Positions 13,401 through 28,400 of a DNA stretch of 64,000 nucleotides are shown here, piece after piece. The stretch is taken from NCBI RefSeq assembly GCF_009914755.1, contig NC_060945.1; one strand, 5' to 3'. The DNA comes from the human T2T-CHM13v2.0 reference genome, Homo sapiens. Below the pieces are notes generated by a model that made no database searches, was not told the DNA's origin, and worked only from the letters and a program-made list of their open reading frames with translations. Every line of letters starts with the position of its first letter. The stretch's first letter is position 1. Both the position numbers and the translations under genes were made by a program.

Positions 13401-16400
13401 GAGTGTTTCAAACCTGCTCTATGAAAGGCCATGTTCATCTCTATGAGTTGAATGGAAATATCCGAAAGAAATTTCTGGGAATGCTGCTGTCTAGTGTTTA
13501 TACGAATTCCCGCTTCCAACGAAATCCTCAAAGCAATCCAAATATCCACTTGCAGAATCCACAAAAAGAGTGTTTCAAAACTGCTCTATCAATAGAAAGG
13601 TTCAACTCTTTTAGTTGAGTACACACATCACGAACAAGTTTCTGAGAATGCTTCTGTCTGGCTTTTATTGGAAGACGTTTCCTTTTCACCAAAGGCATCA
13701 AAGCGCTCCAAATGTCCACTTCCAGATTCTTCCAAAAGAGTGTTTCAAACGTGCTCAAAGTAAGGGAATGTTCAACTCTGTGACTTGAATGCAGATATCA
13801 CCAAGTAGTTTCTAATAGTGCTTCTGTCTAGATTTCAGATGATGATATTCCCGTTTCCAACGAAATCGTTAGAGCTAAGCAAATATCCAGTTACAGTTTC
13901 TACCAAAAGGGTGTTTCCAAATTGCTGCATCAAAAGAAAGGTTCAACTCTGTTAGTTGAGGACACACATCACAAAGAAGTTTGTGAGAATGCTTCTGTCT
14001 AGATTTTGTATGACGATATTCCCTTTTCCAACGATATCGTTAAAGCAATCTAAATATCAATTTGCAGAATCCACAAAAATAGAGTTTCAAAGCTGCTCTG
14101 TAAAAAGAAAGGTTCCACTCTGTTAGCTGAGTACACACATCACAAACTTGTTTCTGAGAATCCTTCTGTCTCGTTTTTATGGGAAGATATTTACTTTTCC
14201 ACCGTAGGCATCAAAGCGCTCCAAATGTCCACATCCAGATACTCCAGAAAGAGTGTTTCAAACCTGCTCTATGAAAGGCAATCTTCAACTCTATGAGTTG
14301 AATGCAGACATCAGAAAGAAATTTCTGAGAATGCTGCTGTCTACCTTTTATTTGAATTCCCGCTTCCAACGAAATCCTCCAAGCTATCCAAATATCCACC
14401 TGCATTTTCCACAAAAAGAGTGTTTCAAAACTGCTCTATCAATAGAAATGTTCAACTCCTTTGGCTGGGTACACACATCACAAACAAGTTTCTGAGCATG
14501 CTTCTGTCTAGTTTTTATGGGAAGACATTCCCTTTTTCACCAAAGGCATCAAAGCGCTCCAAATGTCCACTTCCAGACACTACAAAAAGAGTGTTTCAAA
14601 CGTGCTCTAAGAAAACGAATGTTCAACTCTGTGACTTGAATGCAGATATCACAGAGTAGTTTCTGAGAGGGCTTCTGTCTAGATTTTAGATGATGATATT
14701 CCCGTTTCCAACGAAATCATTAGAGCTATCCAAATATCCACTTACAGTTTCTACAAAAAGAGTGTTTCCAAACTGCTGCATCAAAAGAGAGGTTCCACTC
14801 TGTTAGCTGAGTACACACATCACAAACTTGTTTCTCAGAATCCTTCTGTCTCGTTTTTATGGGAAGATATTTACTTTTTCACCGTAGGCATCAAAGCGCT
14901 CCAAATGTCCACATCCAGATACTCCAGAAAGAGTGTTTCAAACCTGCTCTATGAAAGGGAATCTTCAACTCTATGAGTTGAATGCAGACATCAGAAAGAA
15001 ATTTCTGAGAATGCTGCTGTCTACCTTTTATTTGAATTCCCGCTTCCAACGAAATCCTCCAAGCTATCCAAATATCCACTTGCAGATTCCACAAAAAGAG
15101 TGTTTCAAAACTGCTCTCTATCAATGGCAAAGTTCAACTCTGTTAGTTGAGGACACATATCACCAACAAGTTTCTGAGAATGCTTCTGTCTATTTTTTAT
15201 GGGAAGATATTTCCTTTTTCACCGTAGGCGTCAAGGCGATCGAAATGTCCACTTCCACAAACTACAAAAAGAGTGTTTCAAACCTGCTCTATGAAAGGCC
15301 ATGTTCATCTCTATGAGTTGAATGGAAATATCCGAAAGAAATTTCTGGGAATGCTGCTGTCTAGTGTTTATACGAATTCCCGCTTCCAACGAAATCCTCA
15401 AAGCAATCCAAATATCCACTTGCAGAATCCACAAAAAGAGTGTTTCAAAACTGCTCTATCAATAGAAAGGTTCAACTCTTTTAGTTGAGTACACACATCA
15501 CGAACAAGTTTCTGAGAATGCTTCTGTCTGGCTTTTATTGGAAGACGTTTCCTTTTCACCAAAGGCATCAAAGCGCTCCAAATGTCCACTTCCAGATTCT
15601 TCCAAAAGAGTGTTTCAAACGTGCTCAAAGTAAGGGAATGTTCAACTCTGTGACTTGAATGCAGATATCACCAAGTAGTTTCTAATAGTGCTTCTGTCTA
15701 GATTTTAGATGATGATATTCCCGTTTCCAACGAAATCGTTAGAGCTATCCAAATATCCAGTTACAGTTTCTACAAAAAGAGTGTTTCCAAACTGCTGCAT
15801 CAAAAGAAAGGTTCAACTCTGTTAGTTGAGGACACACATCACAAAGAAGTTTGTGAGAATGCTTCTGTCTAGATTTTGTATGACGATATTCCCTTTTCCA
15901 ACGATATCGTTAAAGCAATCTAAATATCAATTTGCAGAATCCACAAAAATAGAGTTTCAAAGCTGCTCTGTAAAAATAAAAGTTCCACTCTGTTAGCTGA
16001 GTACACACATCACAAACTTGTTTCTGAGAATCCTTCTGTCTCGTTTTTATGGGAAGATATTTACTTTTTCACCGTAGGCATCAAAGCGCTCCAAATGTCC
16101 ACATCCAGATACTCCAGAAAGACTGTTTCAAACCTGCTCTATGAAAGGGAATCTTCAACTCTATGAGTTGAATGCAGACATCAGAAAGAAATTTCTGAGA
16201 ATGCTGCTGTCTACCTTTTATTTGAATTCCCGCTTCCAACGAAATCCTCCAAGCTATCCAAATATCCACTTGCATTTTCCACAAAAAGAGTGTTTCAAAA
16301 CTGCTCTATCAATAGAAATGTTCAACTCCTTTAGCTGGGTACACACATCACAAACAAGTTTCTGAGAATGCTTCTGTCTAGTTTTTATGGGAAGACGTTC

Positions 16401-19400
16401 CCTTTTTCACCAAAGGCATCAAAGCGCTCCAAATGTCCACTTCCAGACACTACAAAAAGAGTGTTTCCAACGTGCTCTAAGAAAGCGAATGTTCAACTCT
16501 GTGACTTGAATGCAGATATCACAAAGTAGTTTCTGAGAGGGCTTCTGTCTAGATTTTAGATGATGATATTCCCGTTTCCAACGAAATCATTAGAGCTATC
16601 CAAATATCCACTTACAGTTTCTACAAAAAGAGTGTTTCCAAACTGCTGCATCAAAAGAGAGGTTCCACTCTGTTAGCCGAGTACACACATCACAAACTTG
16701 TTTCTCAGAATCCTTCTGTCTCGTTTTTATGGGAAGATATTTACTTTTTCACCGTAGGCATCAAAGCGCTCCAAATGTCCACATCCAGATAGTACAGAAA
16801 GAGTGTTTCAAACCTGCTCTATGAAAGGGAATCTTCAACTCTATGAGTTGAATGCAGACATCAGAAAGAAATTTCTGAGAATGCTGCTGTCTACCTTTTA
16901 TTTGAATTCCCGCTTCCAACGAAATCCTCCAAGCTATCCAAATATCCACTTGCAGATTCCACAAAAAGAGTGTTTCAAAACTGCTCTCTATCAATGGCAA
17001 AGTTCAACTCTGTTAGTTGAGGACACATATCACCAACAAGTTTCTGAGAATGCTTCTGTCTATTTTTTATGGGAAGATATTTCCTTTTTCACCGTAGGCG
17101 TCAAGGCGATCGAAATGTCCACTTCCACAAACTACAAAAAGAGTGTTTCAAACCTGCTCTATGAAAGGCCATGTTCATCTCTATGAGTTGAATGGAAATA
17201 TCCGAAAGAAATTTCTGGGAATGCTGCTGTCTAGTGTTTATACGAATTCCCGCTTCCAACGAAATCCTCAAAGCAATCCAAATATCCACTTGCAGAATCC
17301 ACAAAAAGAGTGTTTCAAAACTGCTCTATCAATAGAAAGGTTCAACTCTTTTAGTTGAGTACACACATCACGAACAAGTTTCTGAGAATGCTTCTGTCTG
17401 GCTTTTATTGGAAGACGTTTCCTTTTCACCAAAGGCATCAAAGCGCTCCAAATGTCCACTTCCAGATTCTTCCAAAAGAGTGTTTCAAACGTGCTCAAAG
17501 TAAGGGAATGTTCAACTCTGTGACTTGAATGCAGATATCACCAAGTAGTTTCTAATAGTGCTTCTGTCTAGATTTCAGATGATGATATTCCCGTTTCCAA
17601 CGAAATCGTTAGAGCTAAGCAAATATCCAGTTACAGTTTCTACCAAAAGGGTGTTTCCAAATTGCTGCATCAAAAGAAAGGTTCAACTCTGTTAGTTGAG
17701 GACACACATCACAAAGAAGTTTGTGAGAATGCTTCTGTCTAGATTTTGTATGACGATATTCCCTTTTCCAACGATATCGTTAAAGCAATCTAAATATCAA
17801 TTTGCAGAATCCACAAAAATAGAGTTTCAAAGCTGCTCTGTAAAAAGAAAGGTTCCACTCTGTTAGCTGAGTACACACATCACAAACTTGTTTCTGAGAA
17901 TCCTTCTGTCTCGTTTTTATGGGAAGATATTTACTTTTCCACCGTAGGCATCAAAGCGCTCCAAATGTCCACATCCAGATACTCCAGAAAGAGTGTTTCA
18001 AACCTGCTCTATGAAAGGCAATCTTCAACTCTATGAGTTGAATGCAGACATCAGAAAGAAATTTCTGAGAATGCTGCTGTCTACCTTTTATTTGAATTCC
18101 CGCTTCCAACGAAATCCTCCAAGCTATCCAAATATCCACCTGCATTTTCCACAAAAAGAGTGTTTCAAAACTGCTCTATCAATAGAAATGTTCAACTCCT
18201 TTGGCTGGGTACACACATCACAAACAAGTTTCTGAGCATGCTTCTGTCTAGTTTTTATGGGAAGACATTCCCTTTTTCACCAAAGGCATCAAAGCGCTCC
18301 AAATGTCCACTTCCAGACACTACAAAAAGAGTGTTTCCAACGTGCTCTAAGAAAACGAATGTTCAACTCTGTGACTTGAATGCAGATATCACAGAGTAGT
18401 TTCTGAGAGGGCTTCTGTCTAGATTTTAGATGATGATATTCCCGTTTCCAACGAAATCATTAGAGCTATCCAAATATCCACTTACAGTTTCTACAAAAAG
18501 AGTGTTTCCAAACTGCTGCATCAAAAGAGAGGTTCCACTCTGTTAGCTGAGTACACACATCACAAACTTGTTTCTCAGAATCCTTCTGTCTCGTTTTTAT
18601 GGGAAGATATTTACTTTTTCACCGTAGGCATCAAAGCGCTCCAAATGTCCACATCCAGATACTCCAGAAAGAGTGTTTCAAACCTGCTCTATGAAAGGGA
18701 ATCTTCAACTCTATGAGTTGAATGCAGACATCAGAAAGAAATTTCTGAGAATGCTGCTGTCTACCTTTTATTTGAATTCCCGCTTCCAACGAAATCCTCC
18801 AAGCTATCCAAATATCCACTTGCAGATTCCACAAAAAGAGTGTTTCAAAACTGCTCTCTATCAATGGCAAAGTTCAACTCTGTTAGTTGAGGACACATAT
18901 CACCAACAAGTTTCTGAGAATGCTTCTGTCTATTTTTTATGGGAAGATATTTCCTTTTTCACCGTAGGCGTCAAGGCGATCGAAATGTCCACTTCCACAA
19001 ACTACAAAAAGAGTGTTTCAAACCTGCTCTATGAAAGGCGATGTTCATCTCTATGAGTTGAATGGAAATATCCGAAAGAAATTTCTGGGAATGCTGCTGT
19101 CTAGTGTTTATACGAATTCCCGCTTCCAACGAAATCCTCAAAGCAATCCAAATATCCACTTGCAGAATCCACAAAAAGAGTGTTTCAAAACTGCTCTATC
19201 AATAGAAAGGTTCAACTCTTTTAGTTGAGTACACACATCACGAACAAGTTTCTGAGAATGCTTCTGTCTGGCTTTTATTGGAAGACGTTTCCTTTTCACC
19301 AAAGGCATCAAAGCGCTCCAAATGTCCACTTCCAGATTCTTCCAAAAGAGTGTTTCAAACGTGCTCAAAGTAAGGGAATGTTCAACTCTGTGACTTGAAT

Positions 19401-22400
19401 GCAGATATCACCAAGTAGTTTCTAATAGTGCTTCTGTCTAGATTTTAGATGATGATATTCCCGTTTCCAACGAAATCGTTAGAGCTATCCAAATATCCAG
19501 TTACAGTTTCTACAAAAAGAGTGTTTCCAAACTGCTGCATCAAAAGAAAGGTTCAACTCTGTTAGTTGAGGACACACATCACAAAGAAGTTTGTGAGAAT
19601 GCTTCTGTCTAGATTTTGTATGACGATATTCCCTTTTCCAACGATATCGTTAAAGCAATCTAAATATCAATTTGCAGAATCCACAAAAATAGAGTTTCAA
19701 AGCTGCTCTGTAAAAATAAAAGTTCCACTCTGTTAGCTGAGTACACACATCACAAACTTGTTTCTGAGAATCCTTCTGTCTCGTTTTTATGGGAAGATAT
19801 TTACTTTTTCACCGTAGGCATCAAAGCGCTCCAAATGTCCACATCCAGATACTCCAGAAAGACTGTTTCAAACCTGCTCTATGAAAGGGAATCTTCAACT
19901 CTATGAGTTGAATGCAGACATCAGAAAGAAATTTCTGAGAATGCTGCTGTCTACCTTTTATTTGAATTCCCGCTTCCAACGAAATCCTCCAAGCTATCCA
20001 AATATCCACTTGCATTTTCCACAAAAAGAGTGTTTCAAAACTGCTCTATCAATAGAAATGTTCAACTCCTTTAGCTGGGTACACACATCACAAACAAGTT
20101 TCTGAGAATGCTTCTGTCTAGTTTTTATGGGAAGACGTTCCCTTTTTCACCAAAGGCATCAAAGCGCTCCAAATGTCCACTTCCAGACACTACAAAAAGA
20201 GTGTTTCAAACGTGCTCTAAGAAAGCGAATGTTCAACTCTGTGACTTGAATGCAGATATCACAAAGTAGTTTCTGAGAGGGCTTCTGTCTAGATTTTAGA
20301 TGATGATATTCCCGTTTCCAACGAAATCATTAGAGCTATCCAAATATCCACTTACAGTTTCTACAAAAAGAGTGTTTCCAAACTGCTGCATCAAAAGAGA
20401 GGTTCCACTCTGTTAGCCGAGTACACACATCACAAACTTGTTTCTCAGAATCCTTCTGTCTCGTTTTTATGGGAAGATATTTACTTTTTCACCGTAGGCA
20501 TCAAAGCGCTCCAAATGTCCACATCCAGATACTCCAGAAAGAGTGTTTCAAACCTGCTCTATGAAAGGGAATCTTCAACTCTATGAGTTGAATGCAGACA
20601 TCAGAAAGAAATTTCTGAGAATGCTGCTGTCTACCTTTTATTTGAATTCCCGCTTCCAACGAAATCCTCCAAGCTATCCAAATATCCACTTGCAGATTCC
20701 ACAAAAAGAGTGTTTCAAAACTGCTCTCTATCAATGGCAAAGTTCAACTCTGTTAGTTGAGGACACATATCACCAACAAGTTTCTGAGAATGCTTCTGTC
20801 TATTTTTTATGGGAAGATATTTCCTTTTTCACCGTAGGCGTCAACGCGTTCGAAATGTCCACTTCCACAAACTACAAAAAGAGTGTTTCAAACCTGCTCT
20901 ATGAAAGGCCATGTTCATCTCTATGAGTTGAATGGAAATATCCGAAAGAAATTTCTGGGAATGCTGCTGTCTAGTGTTTATACGAATTCCCGCTTCCAAC
21001 GAAATCCTCAAAGCAATCCAAATATCCACTTGCAGAATCCACAAAAAGAGTGTTTCAAAACTGCTCTATCAATAGAAAGGTTCAACTCTTTTAGTTGAGT
21101 ACACACATCACGAACAAGTTTCTGAGAATGCTTCTGTCTGGCTTTTATTGGAAGACGTTTCCTTTTCACCAAAGGCATCAAAGCGCTCCAAATGTCCACT
21201 TCCAGATTCTTCCAAAAGAGTGTTTCAAACGTGCTCAAAGTAAGGGAATGTTCAACTCTGTGACTTGAATGCAGATATCACCAAGTAGTTTCTAATAGTG
21301 CTTCTGTCTAGATTTCAGATGATGATATTCCCGTTTCCAACGAAATCGTTAGAGCTAAGCAAATATCCAGTTACAGTTTCTACCAAAAGGGTGTTTCCAA
21401 ATTGCTGCATCAAAAGAAAGGTTCAACTCTGTTAGTTGAGGACACACATCACAAAGAAGTTTGTGAGAATGCTTCTGTCTAGATTTTGTATGACGATATT
21501 CCCTTTTCCAACGATATCGTTAAAGCAATCTAAATATCAATTTGCAGAATCCACAAAAATAGAGTTTCAAAGCTGCTCTGTAAAAAGAAAGGTTCCACTC
21601 TGTTAGCTGAGTACACACATCACAAACTTGTTTCTGAGAATCCTTCTGTCTCGTTTTTATGGGAAGATATTTACTTTTCCACCGTAGGCATCAAAGCGCT
21701 CCAAATGTCCACATCCAGATACTCCAGAAAGAGTGTTTCAAACCTGCTCTATGAAAGGCAATCTTCAACTCTATGAGTTGAATGCAGACATCAGAAAGAA
21801 ATTTCTGAGAATGCTGCTGTCTACCTTTTATTTGAATTCCCGCTTCCAACGAAATCCTCCAAGCTATCCAAATATCCACCTGCATTTTCCACAAAAAGAG
21901 TGTTTCAAAACTGCTCTATCAATAGAAATGTTCAACTCCTTTGGCTGGGTACACACATCACAAACAAGTTTCTGAGCATGCTTCTGTCTAGTTTTTATGG
22001 GAAGACATTCCCTTTTTCACCAAAGGCATCAAAGCGCTCCAAATGTCCACTTCCAGACACTACAAAAAGAGTGTTTCAAACGTGCTCTAAGAAAACGAAT
22101 GTTCAACTCTGTGACTTGAATGCAGATATCACAGAGTAGTTTCTGAGAGGGCTTCTGTCTAGATTTTAGATGATGATATTCCCGTTTCCAACGAAATCAT
22201 TAGAGCTATCCAAATATCCACTTACAGTTTCTACAAAAAGAGTGTTTCCAAACTGCTGCATCAAAAGAGAGGTTCCACTCTGTTAGCTGAGTACACACAT
22301 CACAAACTTGTTTCTCAGAATCCTTCTGTCTCGTTTTTATGGGAAGATATTTACTTTTTCACCGTAGGCATCAAAGCGCTCCAAATGTCCACATCCAGAT

Positions 22401-25400
22401 ACTCCAGAAAGAGTGTTTCAAACCTGCTCTATGAAAGGGAATCTTCAACTCTATGAGTTGAATGCAGACATCAGAAAGAAATTTCTGAGAATGCTGCTGT
22501 CTACCTTTTATTTGAATTCCCGCTTCCAACGAAATCCTCCAAGCTATCCAAATATCCACTTGCAGATTCCACAAAAAGAGTGTTTCAAAACTGCTCTCTA
22601 TCAATGGCAAAGTTCAACTCTGTTAGTTGAGGACACATATCACCAACAAGTTTCTGAGAATGCTTCTGTCTATTTTTTATGGGAAGATATTTCCTTTTTC
22701 ACCGTAGGCGTCAAGGCGATCGAAATGTCCACTTCCACAAACTACAAAAAGAGTGTTTCAAACCTGCTCTATGAAAGGCCATGTTCATCTCTATGAGTTG
22801 AATGGAAATATCCGAAAGAAATTTCTGGGAATGCTGCTGTCTAGTGTTTATACGAATTCCCGCTTCCAACGAAATCCTCAAAGCAATCCAAATATCCACT
22901 TGCAGAATCCACAAAAAGAGTGTTTCAAAACTGCTCTATCAATAGAAAGGTTCAACTCTTTTAGTTGAGTACACACATCACGAACAAGTTTCTGAGAATG
23001 CTTCTGTCTGGCTTTTATTGGAAGACGTTTCCTTTTCACCAAAGGCATCAAAGCGCTCCAAATGTCCACTTCCAGATTCTTCCAAAAGAGTGTTTCAAAC
23101 GTGCTCAAAGTAAGGGAATGTTCAACTCTGTGACTTGAATGCAGATATCACCAAGTAGTTTCTAATAGTGCTTCTGTCTAGATTTTAGATGATGATATTC
23201 CCGTTTCCAACGAAATCGTTAGAGCTATCCAAATATCCAGTTACAGTTTCTACAAAAAGAGTGTTTCCAAACTGCTGCATCAAAAGAAAGGTTCAACTCT
23301 GTTAGTTGAGGACACACATCACAAAGAAGTTTGTGAGAATGCTTCTGTCTAGATTTTGTATGACGATATTCCCTTTTCCAACGATATCGTTAAAGCAATC
23401 TAAATATCAATTTGCAGAATCCACAAAAATAGAGTTTCAAAGCTGCTCTGTAAAAATAAAAGTTCCACTCTGTTAGCTGAGTACACACATCACAAACTTG
23501 TTTCTGAGAATCCTTCTGTCTCGTTTTTATGGGAAGATATTTACTTTTTCACCGTAGGCATCAAAGCGCTCCAAATGTCCACATCCAGATACTCCAGAAA
23601 GACTGTTTCAAACCTGCTCTATGAAAGGGAATCTTCAACTCTATGAGTTGAATGCAGACATCAGAAAGAAATTTCTGAGAATGCTGCTGTCTACCTTTTA
23701 TTTGAATTCCCGCTTCCAACGAAATCCTCCAAGCTATCCAAATATCCACTTGCATTTTCCACAAAAAGAGTGTTTCAAAACTGCTCTATCAATAGAAATG
23801 TTCAACTCCTTTAGCTGGGTACACACATCACAAACAAGTTTCTGAGAATGCTTCTGTCTAGTTTTTATGGGAAGACGTTCCCTTTTTCACCAAAGGCATC
23901 AAAGCGCTCCAAATGTCCACTTCCAGACACTACAAAAAGAGTGTTTCAAACGTGCTCTAAGAAAGCGAATGTTCAACTCTGTGACTTGAATGCAGATATC
24001 ACAAAGTAGTTTCTGAGAGGGCTTCTGTCTAGATTTTAGATGATGATATTCCCGTTTCCAACGAAATCATTAGAGCTATCCAAATATCCACTTACAGTTT
24101 CTACAAAAAGAGTGTTTCCAAACTGCTGCATCAAAAGAGAGGTTCCACTCTGTTAGCCGAGTACACACATCACAAACTTGTTTCTCAGAATCCTTCTGTC
24201 TCGTTTTTATGGGAAGATATTTACTTTTTCACCGTAGGCATCAAAGCGCTCCAAATGTCCACATCCAGATAGTACAGAAAGAGTGTTTCAAACCTGCTCT
24301 ATGAAAGGGAATCTTCAACTCTATGAGTTGAATGCAGACATCAGAAAGAAATTTCTGAGAATGCTGCTGTCTACCTTTTATTTGAATTCCCGCTTCCAAC
24401 GAAATCCTCCAAGCTATCCAAATATCCACTTGCAGATTCCACAAAAAGAGTGTTTCAAAACTGCTCTCTATCAATGGCAAAGTTCAACTCTGTTAGTTGA
24501 GGACACATATCACCAACAAGTTTCTGAGAATGCTTCTGTCTATTTTTTATGGGAAGATATTTCCTTTTTCACCGTAGGCGTCAAGGCGATCGAAATGTCC
24601 ACTTCCACAAACTACAAAAAGAGTGTTTCAAACCTGCTCTATGAAAGGCCATGTTCATCTCTATGAGTTGAATGGAAATATCCGAAAGAAATTTCTGGGA
24701 ATGCTGCTGTCTAGTGTTTATACGAATTCCCGCTTCCAACGAAATCCTCAAAGCAATCCAAATATCCACTTGCAGAATCCACAAAAAGAGTGTTTCAAAA
24801 CTGCTCTATCAATAGAAAGGTTCAACTCTTTTAGTTGAGTACACACATCACGAACAAGTTTCTGAGAATGCTTCTGTCTGGCTTTTATTGGAAGACGTTT
24901 CCTTTTCACCAAAGGCATCAAAGCGCTCCAAATGTCCACTTCCAGATTCTTCCAAAAGAGTGTTTCAAACGTGCTCAAAGTAAGGGAATGTTCAACTCTG
25001 TGACTTGAATGCAGATATCACCAAGTAGTTTCTAATAGTGCTTCTGTCTAGATTTCAGATGATGATATTCCCGTTTCCAACGAAATCGTTAGAGCTAAGC
25101 AAATATCCAGTTACAGTTTCTACCAAAAGGGTGTTTCCAAATTGCTGCATCAAAAGAAAGGTTCAACTCTGTTAGTTGAGGACACACATCACAAAGAAGT
25201 TTGTGAGAATGCTTCTGTCTAGATTTTGTATGACGATATTCCCTTTTCCAACGATATCGTTAAAGCAATCTAAATATCAATTTGCAGAATCCACAAAAAT
25301 AGAGTTTCAAAGCTGCTCTGTAAAAAGAAAGGTTCCACTCTGTTAGCTGAGTACACACATCACAAACTTGTTTCTGAGAATCCTTCTGTCTCGTTTTTAT

Positions 25401-28400
25401 GGGAAGATATTTACTTTTCCACCGTAGGCATCAAAGCGCTCCAAATGTCCACATCCAGATACTCCAGAAAGAGTGTTTCAAACCTGCTCTATGAAAGGCA
25501 ATCTTCAACTCTATGAGTTGAATGCAGACATCAGAAAGAAATTTCTGAGAATGCTGCTGTCTACCTTTTATTTGAATTCCCGCTTCCAACGAAATCCTCC
25601 AAGCTATCCAAATATCCACCTGCATTTTCCACAAAAAGAGTGTTTCAAAACTGCTCTATCAATAGAAATGTTCAACTCCTTTGGCTGGGTACACACATCA
25701 CAAACAAGTTTCTGAGCATGCTTCTGTCTAGTTTTTATGGGAAGACATTCCCTTTTTCACCAAAGGCATCAAAGCGCTCCAAATGTCCACTTCCAGACAC
25801 TACAAAAAGAGTGTTTCCAACGTGCTCTAAGAAAACGAATGTTCAACTCTGTGACTTGAATGCAGATATCACAGAGTAGTTTCTGAGAGGGCTTCTGTCT
25901 AGATTTTAGATGATGATATTCCCGTTTCCAACGAAATCATTAGAGCTATCCAAATATCCACTTACAGTTTCTACAAAAAGAGTGTTTCCAAACTGCTGCA
26001 TCAAAAGAGAGGTTCCACTCTGTTAGCTGAGTACACACATCACAAACTTGTTTCTCAGAATCCTTCTGTCTCGTTTTTATGGGAAGATATTTACTTTTTC
26101 ACCGTAGGCATCAAAGCGCTCCAAATGTCCACATCCAGATACTCCAGAAAGAGTGTTTCAAACCTGCTCTATGAAAGGGAATCTTCAACTCTATGAGTTG
26201 AATGCAGACATCAGAAAGAAATTTCTGAGAATGCTGCTGTCTACCTTTTATTTGAATTCCCGCTTCCAACGAAATCCTCCAAGCTATCCAAATATCCACT
26301 TGCAGATTCCACAAAAAGAGTGTTTCAAAACTGCTCTCTATCAATGGCAAAGTTCAACTCTGTTAGTTGAGGACACATATCACCAACAAGTTTCTGAGAA
26401 TGCTTCTGTCTATTTTTTATGGGAAGATATTTCCTTTTTCACCGTAGGCGTCAAGGCGATCGAAATGTCCACTTCCACAAACTACAAAAAGAGTGTTTCA
26501 AACCTGCTCTATGAAAGGCGATGTTCATCTCTATGAGTTGAATGGAAATATCCGAAAGAAATTTCTGGGAATGCTGCTGTCTAGTGTTTATACGAATTCC
26601 CGCTTCCAACGAAATCCTCAAAGCAATCCAAATATCCACTTGCAGAATCCACAAAAAGAGTGTTTCAAAACTGCTCTATCAATAGAAAGGTTCAACTCTT
26701 TTAGTTGAGTACACACATCACGAACAAGTTTCTGAGAATGCTTCTGTCTGGCTTTTATTGGAAGACGTTTCCTTTTCACCAAAGGCATCAAAGCGCTCCA
26801 AATGTCCACTTCCAGATTCTTCCAAAAGAGTGTTTCAAACGTGCTCAAAGTAAGGGAATGTTCAACTCTGTGACTTGAATGCAGATATCACCAAGTAGTT
26901 TCTAATAGTGCTTCTGTCTAGATTTTAGATGATGATATTCCCGTTTCCAACGAAATCGTTAGAGCTATCCAAATATCCAGTTACAGTTTCTACAAAAAGA
27001 GTGTTTCCAAACTGCTGCATCAAAAGAAAGGTTCAACTCTGTTAGTTGAGGACACACATCACAAAGAAGTTTGTGAGAATGCTTCTGTCTAGATTTTGTA
27101 TGACGATATTCCCTTTTCCAACGATATCGTTAAAGCAATCTAAATATCAATTTGCAGAATCCACAAAAATAGAGTTTCAAAGCTGCTCTGTAAAAATAAA
27201 AGTTCCACTCTGTTAGCTGAGTACACACATCACAAACTTGTTTCTGAGAATCCTTCTGTCTCGTTTTTATGGGAAGATATTTACTTTTTCACCGTAGGCA
27301 TCAAAGCGCTCCAAATGTCCACATCCAGATACTCCAGAAAGACTGTTTCAAACCTGCTCTATGAAAGGGAATCTTCAACTCTATGAGTTGAATGCAGACA
27401 TCAGAAAGAAATTTCTGAGAATGCTGCTGTCTACCTTTTATTTGAATTCCCGCTTCCAACGAAATCCTCCAAGCTATCCAAATATCCACTTGCATTTTCC
27501 ACAAAAAGAGTGTTTCAAAACTGCTCTATCAATAGAAATGTTCAACTCCTTTAGCTGGGTACACACATCACAAACAAGTTTCTGAGAATGCTTCTGTCTA
27601 GTTTTTATGGGAAGACGTTCCCTTTTTCACCAAAGGCATCAAAGCGCTCCAAATGTCCACTTCCAGACACTACAAAAAGAGTGTTTCAAACGTGCTCTAA
27701 GAAAGCGAATGTTCAACTCTGTGACTTGAATGCAGATATCACAAAGTAGTTTCTGAGAGGGCTTCTGTCTAGATTTTAGATGATGATATTCCCGTTTCCA
27801 ACGAAATCATTAGAGCTATCCAAATATCCACTTACAGTTTCTACAAAAAGAGTGTTTCCAAACTGCTGCATCAAAAGAGAGGTTCCACTCTGTTAGCCGA
27901 GTACACACATCACAAACTTGTTTCTCAGAATCCTTCTGTCTCGTTTTTATGGGAAGATATTTACTTTTTCACCGTAGGCATCAAAGCGCTCCAAATGTCC
28001 ACATCCAGATACTCCAGAAAGAGTGTTTCAAACCTGCTCTATGAAAGGGAATCTTCAACTCTATGAGTTGAATGCAGACATCAGAAAGAAATTTCTGAGA
28101 ATGCTGCTGTCTACCTTTTATTTGAATTCCCGCTTCCAACGAAATCCTCCAAGCTATCCAAATATCCACTTGCAGATTCCACAAAAAGAGTGTTTCAAAA
28201 CTGCTCTCTATCAATGGCAAAGTTCAACTCTGTTAGTTGAGGACACATATCACCAACAAGTTTCTGAGAATGCTTCTGTCTATTTTTTATGGGAAGATAT
28301 TTCCTTTTTCACCGTAGGCGTCAACGCGTTCGAAATGTCCACTTCCACAAACTACAAAAAGAGTGTTTCAAACCTGCTCTATGAAAGGCCATGTTCATCT